Shown here: positions 28,233-35,862 of the stretch, in pieces
Layout: every line of letters starts with the position of its first letter
Numbering within the stretch: the stretch's first letter is position 1
From: a virus
Taxonomy: Duplodnaviria > Caudoviricetes
Length of the DNA: 57,719 nt
Virus record (IMG/VR): IMGVR_UViG_3300037963_001723
Location: 1-57,719 of that record
Reading direction: 5' to 3' (one strand)
The notes under the pieces: generated by a model
What the model saw: the letters and a program-made list of their open reading frames with translations, nothing else
What the model was told of the DNA's origin: nothing
Database searches by the model: none
Program-made: the position numbers and the translations under genes

Positions 28233-28529
28233 ATGAACAACATTAACATAAAAATTGAAAGGAATCAAAAACCCACATCCCCTTTAGGAAAGGGGGGTAA
28301 AACCAGATGGAATTTACCTTTAGGTGAGCTTGAGCCACCTAGAAAAGACGAATCAGGAGAGTGGGTTTATGACAAGCTAAGAATAAGCATGACATATAAC
28401 GAAGCAGAAAAAAATATGTTTGCTGTCAGAAGCCATGTTTGGAGATGGAGAAAGAAAAATGATGAAAAAGCAAAATTTTCTGTAAACCACGGAGAAACAT
28501 CGGACATACTTATATGGAGGACAGAATAG
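28233..28529 (+). CDS. Small putative DNA-binding protein
   Basis: 97-98 aa (IKIE...P...W.LP..EL...IWRTE), GAGGAG RBS. Confidence 0.5.
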   Translation: MNNINIKIERNQKPTSPLGKGGKTRWNLPLGELEPPRKDESGEWVYDKLRISMTYNEAEKNMFAVRSHVWRWRKKNDEKAKFSVNHGETSDILIWRTE

Positions 28530-29287
28530 CACATCGTACAAACAATAAAATGATACCTCTTGATATATTAAGAGGGATTCAATCTACATGGACACATAGT
28601 AAAGGTGACGCAGATTATTCTGTTACTGAACTATTAAGTCCACCAAAAGTTAGGGCTTTAAAGATAATTAATAAAGAAGATATAACAGAAGATTACTCTG
28701 ATTCTATTGCTACATTTATAGGAACATCTATTCATAAAACAATAGAAGATGCTAACAAAGATAAAGATGATTGTTTAACAGAAGAAAGAATGGAAGTTTC
28801 TATAAAAGCTGGAGACAAAACTATAACCATTTCTGGAACTGTAGACCATTATCATACAAGTAATCATCTATTAACTGATTATAAGACAACAGGCGCTTAT
28901 GGTATTAATTATGAAAAACCAGAATGGACACAACAATTAAATATATATAGATGGATGTTCAGTAAGGTTAAAGAAAAAGAAATGCCTGACGCTCAGATAA
29001 TTGCTATTTTGAAAGACTGGAGTAAACCAAGGTCAATAAATAGTAATACCTACCCACCTTCACCAGTTATGGTTAAACCAATCGCAAATTGGTCTGAGGA
29101 AGAAATAATAAAATTTATAATGGAAAGAATAGCCCTGCATGAAAAAGCTATAGAAAATCCACAGCAAATTTTATGTTCTGATGAAGAAAGGTGGCTTTCA
29201 CCAAAGGGTGTTTACAACAGATGTGAACACTATTGTAATGTTAATAAATTCTGTGACCAATATATAGGAGAGAAAAATGGCGAATGA
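28514..29287 (+). CDS. PD-(D/E)XK exonuclease (Cas4/RecB-like)
   Basis: GTSIH, E, SGTVD, DYKTT, QLNIY and a C-terminal Cys cluster. Confidence 0.85.
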   Translation: MEDRIAHRTNNKMIPLDILRGIQSTWTHSKGDADYSVTELLSPPKVRALKIINKEDITEDYSDSIATFIGTSIHKTIEDANKDKDDCLTEERMEVSIKAGDKTITISGTVDHYHTSNHLLTDYKTTGAYGINYEKPEWTQQLNIYRWMFSKVKEKEMPDAQIIAILKDWSKPRSINSNTYPPSPVMVKPIANWSEEEIIKFIMERIALHEKAIENPQQILCSDEERWLSPKGVYNRCEHYCNVNKFCDQYIGEKNGE

Positions 29288-30194
29288 ATTAAGTAAGATG
29301 TCTGGAATGACACCAAGCACATTTAATGAAGCAAAAGAATATGCACAATTAATATCTAAATCTGATTTTGTTCCAAGAGAATATAAGAACAAACCAGCTG
29401 AAATATTAATTTGTATACAAATGGGCGCTGAATTAGGATTAAAACCTATCCAGGCGCTTCAAAATATTGCTGTAATAAATGGTAAACCATCAATTTATGG
29501 AGATAGTGCTATTGCATTATGTAGAACTAATCCAGATTTTGCTGGTATAGAAGAAAAAGTTGAAGGAACTGGAGATAATAGAAAAGCTACTTGTACTGTT
29601 AAAAGAAAATTAAAAGCTACTGGAGAGATAGAAGTAACTATAAGGACATTTAGTATGCAAGAAGCTAAACAAGCTAACCTTTCATCAAGAGGCCCTTGGA
29701 AAAGCTATCCAGATAGAATGTTACAAATGAGGGCAAGAGGTTTTGCATTAAGAGACTCTTTCCCTGATTCTTTAAAAGCATTAATAACAACAGAAGAAGC
29801 AGCAGATTACCCATCAGAAGAAAATAAAACTACAGTTGAAGTAGAAATACCCAAACAGAATGGTTTTGATACAGAATCTTTAATGGAAGAAGCTGAAGAA
29901 CTGACTCCTGTTCAACCAACAGACGAACAAGTTGAAGCTGAAGAAGTTGAGCCAGAAAGTGACTTTGATCCAAACAGTGGGGTAGTTACCTCTTATAGAG
30001 AAGCTGTAATGTTTCACGATATGATTAAAGCATTAGTTCCAGAAATTGATAATTTAGAAGAATTAACTGATTTATGGAAAAACAATAAAGATCAGTTTGA
30101 AAGAGTTAATGCTTTAGCAGAACCTAACTACAAAGAAATATTAGAATTATTTAAACAACAAAAAGCTAAGATAAAAGGAGAAAACAATGGCTAA
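29277..30194 (+). CDS. RecT-like single-strand annealing protein
   Basis: G.ELGL.P.QAL.NI.VINGKP, W..YP.RML..RA...ALRD.FPD. Confidence 0.85.
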   Translation: MANELSKMSGMTPSTFNEAKEYAQLISKSDFVPREYKNKPAEILICIQMGAELGLKPIQALQNIAVINGKPSIYGDSAIALCRTNPDFAGIEEKVEGTGDNRKATCTVKRKLKATGEIEVTIRTFSMQEAKQANLSSRGPWKSYPDRMLQMRARGFALRDSFPDSLKALITTEEAADYPSEENKTTVEVEIPKQNGFDTESLMEEAEELTPVQPTDEQVEAEEVEPESDFDPNSGVVTSYREAVMFHDMIKALVPEIDNLEELTDLWKNNKDQFERVNALAEPNYKEILELFKQQKAKIKGENNG

Positions 30195-30504
30195 ATATGA
30201 CACAACACTACAAACGGAAGGCGCTATCTTTTTAAATGGTTATAAAGATAACGCAAAAAAACCTGACTATTTAGGTAGTATTAAAATAAATAGACAGCAA
30301 ATTAAGGCGATGGCCGAAATCGCTAAAGGCAATAACCTTGAAGAAGTAGAATGTAAAATTGCTTTATGGAACAGAGAAGCTAGAGAATCTGGCAAGAAAT
30401 ATAAATATTGTAAGTTTGAAGTTCCACAGGATGCTGTTAAAGAAGAATCACCTGCACAGGAAATTTCTACACCTGCTCCAGATGATGATATTCCTTGGGA
30501 GTAA
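30187..30504 (+). CDS. Putative ssDNA-binding protein
   Basis: KPDYLG motif, acidic DDDIPW tail, follows RecT. Confidence 0.65.
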   Translation: MAKYDTTLQTEGAIFLNGYKDNAKKPDYLGSIKINRQQIKAMAEIAKGNNLEEVECKIALWNREARESGKKYKYCKFEVPQDAVKEESPAQEISTPAPDDDIPWE

Positions 30505-30511
30505 CATAAAA

Positions 30512-30613
30512 ATGTTAAACTTTAGGGAGATTTTAGCAATTGCTATAGGGTTGATTTTAATGGCTTTTTTTGTCATTAGGTCAACCTTACTAGCTATGGA
30601 AAGTATTTTATAA
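30512..30613 (+). CDS. Small hydrophobic peptide
   Basis: MLNFREILAIAIGLILMAFFVIRSTLLAMESIL, one TM-like segment. Confidence 0.4.
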   Translation: MLNFREILAIAIGLILMAFFVIRSTLLAMESIL

Positions 30614-30823
30614 ATAAATAGTGTCTATGTTAATAATTCGTTTGAAAAATATTTTATCAGGTATATATACATTTTTATCTAACTACTTATTGGAGAGAAA
30701 AAATGGAAAAACTATTGGACATAATGTCATTATATACAATACTAATTTGCCTGCTAAAAATTATATAATAGTCAAAGAGTTTAGAACATCACACAAATGA
30801 ACGCTAATAAAGGGAGAGAAAAA

Positions 30824-31654
30824 ATGCGTGCGCAAACCACATTAACGCCAGTTAAAAAAATGGAAAAAGACATCTTAAACACTGCTAAGGCTTTTAATGA
30901 AACAGAAATAAGAGTTTTAGTAGATAGATATTATCAAACACAAGAAAACAGAAAGAGAAGTGCGAATCAGTTAAGAGCTGCAATAGAAGATGGAGAGGAG
31001 TGTACTGCTCTTACATATCTTCTTGAGCAAGATAAACTTATTGAAAATCAAATTAAAAAGTTTCTTACTGAATTTTCTAATTCTCATAAAGTAGGTAGAT
31101 GGTGTATGGCTAATTACGGTATAGGTGGTGTAATAACTGCTGGGTTATTAGCTCATATAGATATAAAAAAAGCTCCTACAGCTGGTCATATTTGGAATTA
31201 CGCTGGATTAAATCCTGATCAAGTATGGAAAAAGGGAAGTAAAAGACCTTGGAATGCTCAGTTAAAAACGCTTTGTTGGAAGATAGGGGAAAGTTTTGTT
31301 AAAGTTTCCAATCAAGATGAGGCATTTTATGGTCAATTATATTCTCAAAGAAAAGAATTAGAAGTTAATAAAAACGCTTCTGGTCAATATAAAGACCATG
31401 CAGAAAAACAATTAAAAGAAAAAAATTATAATAAATCTACTGTAGCTTATAAACATTACATAAAAGGGGAACTACCTCCAGGTCATGTTCATGCAATAGC
31501 TAAGAGATGGACTGTTAAATTGTTTTTAAGTCACTTACATTATATTTGGTATCAACATGAGCACAGCGACACCCCTCCCCAACCTTATGCGCTGGCCCAA
31601 CTAGGGCATGCTCATTTGATAGAACCCCCTATTAGTCTTGAGGACATTGATTGA
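30824..31654 (+). CDS. tasA: TIGR-associated TasA-like protein (Nop / IS110 C-terminal RNA-binding domain, no nuclease domain)
   Basis: Coiled-coil, then GIG.V.TAGLLAHID, IWNYAGL, WN..LK...W, FYGQLY...K and GH.HA.AKR..VKLFL. No DEDD RuvC and no HNH. A dual-repeat array lies about 600 bp downstream. GGGAG RBS favours the ATG at 30824 over 30797. Confidence 0.85.
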   Translation: MRAQTTLTPVKKMEKDILNTAKAFNETEIRVLVDRYYQTQENRKRSANQLRAAIEDGEECTALTYLLEQDKLIENQIKKFLTEFSNSHKVGRWCMANYGIGGVITAGLLAHIDIKKAPTAGHIWNYAGLNPDQVWKKGSKRPWNAQLKTLCWKIGESFVKVSNQDEAFYGQLYSQRKELEVNKNASGQYKDHAEKQLKEKNYNKSTVAYKHYIKGELPPGHVHAIAKRWTVKLFLSHLHYIWYQHEHSDTPPQPYALAQLGHAHLIEPPISLEDID

Positions 31655-31668
31655 GGGAGATAGGGGTC

Positions 31669-31703
31669 GTGGTGGTTGCTAATTCACTCCTAGTAACCAC
31701 CGC
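31669..31703 (+). promoter_or_regulatory. 13-bp hairpin between the tas-like gene and the nuclease gene
   Basis: GTGGTGGTTGCTA-N9-TAGTAACCACCGC, no T-tail. Confidence 0.55.
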
Positions 31704-31720
31704 ATTCTAAGGAGAAAAAA

Positions 31721-32107
31721 ATGAGTAAAAATAAAAAAGTTGAAGCATTTATATATAATGCTGAATTAGAAAGAGTTGTTGATGGCGATACTATAGATAT
31801 TACTATTGACCTTGGCTTTAATGTTAAACTACATAAACAAAGATGTCGTTTAGCTGGTATAGACACACCAGAATCCAGAACTAAAGATTTAGCTGAGAAA
31901 GCATTAGGTAAGAAAGCATCCGCAAGATTAAAAGAGTTATGTGGAAAAAAATTAAAGATTAAATCATTAGGTAAAGGAAAGTATGGAAGAATATTAGCAA
32001 TACCATACACAGAAGATGGCCAAGATATTTGTAAAATACTAATTGAAGAAGGTCATGCTGTTGAGTATCACGGTGGAACTAAAGTAAAAGTATGGGGGGA
32101 TTACTAA
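31721..32107 (+). CDS. Thermonuclease (staphylococcal nuclease-like)
   Basis: VVDGDT, RLAGIDTPE, KYGRILA, LIEEGHA. Confidence 0.9.
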   Translation: MSKNKKVEAFIYNAELERVVDGDTIDITIDLGFNVKLHKQRCRLAGIDTPESRTKDLAEKALGKKASARLKELCGKKLKIKSLGKGKYGRILAIPYTEDGQDICKILIEEGHAVEYHGGTKVKVWGDY

Positions 32108-32274
32108 TGAAAAAAGAACCAATATTTAAATGGCATGAAAAACTATTAATGTATTTTGTAGCTCTTGTTGTCATAGCATTTATAATTATAATGCAAGATG
32201 TTAAGGCAGAACGAGAAAAGAGCGAAAAGATAAAAGAGTGTGTTCAGTTTTTAGAAGATAATCAAATAGAATAA
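32107..32274 (+). CDS. Small membrane protein
   Basis: TAATG coupling to the nuclease gene, one TM segment; its stop codon overlaps the first array repeat. Confidence 0.6.
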   Translation: MKKEPIFKWHEKLLMYFVALVVIAFIIIMQDVKAEREKSEKIKECVQFLEDNQIE

Positions 32275-32640
32275 ACATCAACATCCAAGAATGAGCCAAT
32301 GCCGATGAACATCATTTCGATCGAACGAATCATGGACTGCGAACATCACAACATATAAATGAACCAGAGGAGTTAAACATCAAATTTTGCGAATGAATCA
32401 TAATTAATAAACATCAAATGAATAGAATGAATCACTAGTCATGAACATCAAGTGATAAGAATGAATCAGGACAAATGAACATCAATAAAAATAAATGAAT
32501 CAATATCAACGAACATCATGGCTAATAAATGAACCAACATACCTGAACTTTATTATATCATAGTGAACCAATGTGGATAAACATCATATCGCTCGAGTGA
32601 ACCACGGACTTTGAACTTCATTAGAGGCAAGTGCCTTTTT
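32256..32640 (+). ncRNA. TIGR-like dual-repeat guide RNA array (11 units, 34-nt period)
   Basis: AACATCA (or AACTTTA/AACTTCA) at 32274, 32308, 32342, 32376, 32410, 32444, 32478, 32512, 32546, 32580 and 32614. It alternates with AATGAATCA-like repeats at 32290 + 34n, separated by unique 9-nt segments. Confidence 0.9.
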
Positions 32641-32642
32641 AT
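32624..32642 (+). terminator. Short terminator-like hairpin at the array end
   Basis: GAGGC-AAGT-GCCTT followed by a T-run. Confidence 0.45.
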
Positions 32643-33029
32643 AGCCATAATTAGCTTAGATTCCTATGCTGAAAAAAAATGTAAAGTCAATCTTCTAATT
32701 ATAGATTAGACCCCCTACTTATTTACTGGGTGGTTTTCTTTTTTTTAAGGAGAAAACCATGGGAGTAGAAATTCTTCATAATTAATAAAGAAAGAAAACA
32801 CTTACTAGTGAACATTATAAGTTTATTAGTGGTGTGTGCTTACGAGTTAACGCTCGACTACGATATTCGTAATTTCATGGATATTGATTGCGCTATAACT
32901 TGTGGCACAAGAAGAAAACTAAATAACGAATTAGAAGGAGAAACATATGACTTTTACTAAATTCTTATCAATGATAATGGTTATCCAACTTCTTGGTGTG
33001 ACTTTGTTTACTATAATTGTTGGCTAATC

Positions 33030-33170
33030 ACGATCCCTGGAATATATATGTAAATTTACAGTTTTGCTTGTTTTGCAAATAATTCTAACAAAATCTATTC
33101 GTAAATTTACATTGCTGGATACGCAGCGTGGAATCATCTGCATGTTAATGGAATAATACTAGTATTATTC
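33030..33170. repeat. Composite intergenic module copy (partial)
   Basis: GTAAATTTAC at 33050 and 33101; perfect 20-bp palindrome GAATAATACTAGTATTATTC at 33151-33170. Confidence 0.8.
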
Positions 33171-33173
33171 TAT

Positions 33174-33686
33174 CTATAACCACCACAGAGTTGGTCTGTC
33201 TTTATTACCTTTTTCCCAGACATACCAAGCATATGGTGTTATTCCTGATCCATTTCTTTTTTCATCACCTCGCCAAAGGGTAAATCTTTTACTCATAACC
33301 CATACTCTTACTGGTGGATTTTCCTGAAAAAACGATCTTCGTTTAACGCTTTCTAGGAAAGATAATCTAAGAAACATGGCTATCTTTTCTACTTCGAGGT
33401 CAAAACACTTCTGTATGAACTCCTGAGCGAGTTTAAAGGGTGGATTAGTACAGACATTTGGTGCCAATTTTTCCTTCTCTAATAAAAAGTCTCTTCCAGG
33501 CACTCCATAATCGTAATAATTAAGGTCAGTAGCAACTACTGTATACCCATTTTCTTCTAATGTTTTAGCCATTGCTCCATTACCACAGGCGCATTCCCAT
33601 ACCAAACCATCAAATGATTCGTTATCTAATAGTAATTGAGTCGCCTCTGGTGGAGTCGGATAGAAATCATCCTTCTGTCTTGCCAT
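33174..33686 (-). CDS. Orphan amino-DNA methyltransferase
   Basis: DFYPTP, WECACGNG SAM-binding motif, TNPPF catalytic motif, YAWYVW. Confidence 0.85.
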   Translation of the reverse strand: MARQKDDFYPTPPEATQLLLDNESFDGLVWECACGNGAMAKTLEENGYTVVATDLNYYDYGVPGRDFLLEKEKLAPNVCTNPPFKLAQEFIQKCFDLEVEKIAMFLRLSFLESVKRRSFFQENPPVRVWVMSKRFTLWRGDEKRNGSGITPYAWYVWEKGNKDRPTLWWL

Positions 33687-33709
33687 AATTAATCTCCCTA
33701 ATTTAATTA

Positions 33710-33943
33710 TTATTGTGCTAGTGGATTTTTATTGTTGTTCTCTAATTTATCTATAGTTTTTTCTAAATTATCTACTTTAGTCTCAAGTGTTACAATTTTT
33801 TCATTTATAGGGCCAACATCAACAGAAGAAGCGCTTTCTAATACTTCTAATCTATTGTTAAATACACCCCAAGTGTAAAATCCTCCTCCAATAGCGCTTA
33901 CTAACGCTAAAAGAGTTCCAATACTTTGTAATTTATTAATCAT
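33710..33943 (-). CDS. Small TM + coiled-coil protein
   Basis: 77 aa, N-terminal TM segment, NPL C-terminus. Confidence 0.65.
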   Translation of the reverse strand: MINKLQSIGTLLALVSAIGGGFYTWGVFNNRLEVLESASSVDVGPINEKIVTLETKVDNLEKTIDKLENNNKNPLAQ

Positions 33944-35862
33944 CTAAAAAACTCCATGTTTTGAGAACCTATTAAGTTACTTTGTTGTTCTAAGTTAGTT
34001 CCCACTAAATCATAATATCCCTCAATATTATCATTTAAAACTACATTTGCATATATTATTCTTGGCTCATACCAATTTGAATTATCTGGTATATCCATTT
34101 GTTGATATTGATTAAAACCAGCTGAATACCCCATATAAGCTAATAGATTAGCTTGTCCTTGAGTATTATATTCTCCAGACTCATTTTGACTTCTTTCGTT
34201 TTCTTCCTGTTGAGATTGTATATTTTGGGCTACAATTTGATCTGCAACCTGATCTGCTTCCGATGCAGTCATTACAGATGATGTAACGCTTTCTATTTGA
34301 TTTTCCATTGTAGTAACCTGAACTTCTGCCATTACAACAGAAGGCGTGTTATCAACACTAGGCATAGGCATTATTGTAATAGATTGTAACACATTATTAG
34401 TTTGAACTTGGTCTGCAGCGACCTGGTTGGACACAGTAGGTGAATTTACATTTGCTGCTGTAGCGCCAGAAACGCTTACAGAGCCGTTACTACTATCACT
34501 TCTTGTGTTATTTGATGAACTGTAACTACCTCTTACAACGCTTGTAACAAGGTTAGAAACAAGGTTTCTTGTCGTTACTATATTTCTTCTGGTAGCTCCC
34601 TTTTCTTCCTGTTCTTCTTCAACTTCTTCTGGGCTTATTTCATCAATAGCTTCGTCTAATGCCTCTTCCTCTTCCTCTATTGCTTCTTCTTCATCAAATA
34701 GTTCTTCTACAATATCAACAAATTCTTCTTCAGAAACTTCTTCTTCCATAAACACAAGAAAGTCTTCTTCCATTCTTTCGTGGACTTCTTCAAAATGTTG
34801 GATAAATTCTTCTTCTTCTATCTCGACTATTTCTAAAAAGTCGATTTCTTCCACATCAGGCAATGGATCAAAAAACTCAATATCGTACTCGCCATCAAGA
34901 TGTATAAATAATGTGTCATCTTCTAATTCAAACTCTTGACCAGGTTCAATATCGTTAAAGATAAGAAAAGTATCGTCATAATGACCATCATCACTCCAAT
35001 CACCGTCATCCTCAAAAACAACTGAAATGGAGAAAAGCTGTTCATCTTCATCCATATCATATCCATAATAGATTTCATCTTCGTCATAACCAAATATTAT
35101 ATCTTCATCTACACCATAAAGATAGTCATCATCTTCAAAATTGTTGCTTAAATCATACACATCACACAATGTAGAAAAGCTAGAATCAATTAAACATTCA
35201 GAAGAAAGATTGCTAAATGATTCATCAATAGCTGTGCTTACACTAAAATCATCTGTCTCAACAAAAGTTGTGCTATTAGTATCTTCATATCTCAGATAAG
35301 TCACAGCTTCGTTATTACCTTGTAATCCTATTGTTATGTCGTGATTCTGTATGCGTAATTCATCATACCTAAAAGCAATTTCATTAGTCGTTTCATATAG
35401 TATAGCTTGAAAGGTACTTTTTAACCCATTACTATACTCAGAAACATTGTCCCACATAATGACAAAGTATTGATCTGTATCTGATGTTTGTCCAAATGTT
35501 TGTATGTAGGGAGATTGATTGCCACTAGACCTTCTAATAAAATCACTCCATGCAGGGAATACAGAATAATTAAATGAAGTGGCTGGAAGCGTTTCCGATC
35601 TGTAATTTCTTACTCTAGGCACAGAAAAATTTGACTGAAAGGTAAAGAATCCGTTCATAGATATATTTACTTGAGAGAAAGTCTGATCATAGAAGGTGAA
35701 GTCAAAACCGATATTTTTCATCCCAGACATTTGATCGTCTCCAAGGCTTAATCCTTGGCCAGTTCCAGTTATATCAATTATAGGATCAGAACCAAGAGTG
35801 AATACAGGATCGGTTGCCCATGCAGATGTCGTTAAAAATAATAGTGTGATTAGCCTGAACAT
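33940..35862 (-). CDS. Secreted-type protein with NIDO-like N-terminal domain and acidic linker
   Basis: Signal-like N-terminus; IGFDFTFY, ISMNGFF.F, PAWSD, TFQAILYE; D/E-rich middle. Confidence 0.6.
   Translation of the reverse strand: MFRLITLLFLTTSAWATDPVFTLGSDPIIDITGTGQGLSLGDDQMSGMKNIGFDFTFYDQTFSQVNISMNGFFTFQSNFSVPRVRNYRSETLPATSFNYSVFPAWSDFIRRSSGNQSPYIQTFGQTSDTDQYFVIMWDNVSEYSNGLKSTFQAILYETTNEIAFRYDELRIQNHDITIGLQGNNEAVTYLRYEDTNSTTFVETDDFSVSTAIDESFSNLSSECLIDSSFSTLCDVYDLSNNFEDDDYLYGVDEDIIFGYDEDEIYYGYDMDEDEQLFSISVVFEDDGDWSDDGHYDDTFLIFNDIEPGQEFELEDDTLFIHLDGEYDIEFFDPLPDVEEIDFLEIVEIEEEEFIQHFEEVHERMEEDFLVFMEEEVSEEEFVDIVEELFDEEEAIEEEEEALDEAIDEISPEEVEEEQEEKGATRRNIVTTRNLVSNLVTSVVRGSYSSSNNTRSDSSNGSVSVSGATAANVNSPTVSNQVAADQVQTNNVLQSITIMPMPSVDNTPSVVMAEVQVTTMENQIESVTSSVMTASEADQVADQIVAQNIQSQQEENERSQNESGEYNTQGQANLLAYMGYSAGFNQYQQMDIPDNSNWYEPRIIYANVVLNDNIEGYYDLVGTNLEQQSNLIGSQNMEFFR

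Noticed and set aside
30797-31654. IS110 transposase / insertion sequence
   Set aside because: There is no N-terminal DEDD RuvC domain and no obvious catalytic SG loop after YAGL. The gene sits in a phage operon with a dual-repeat array nearby.
31690-32010. Minus-strand 106-aa ORF and the other short opposite-strand ORFs in the track
   Set aside because: They overlap well-supported genes on the other strand and lack an RBS or recognisable motifs.
32256-32640. CRISPR array
   Set aside because: The repeats are only 7-11 nt, come in two alternating types and have 9-nt spacers. There are no cas genes; the Cas4-like exonuclease is paired with RecT.
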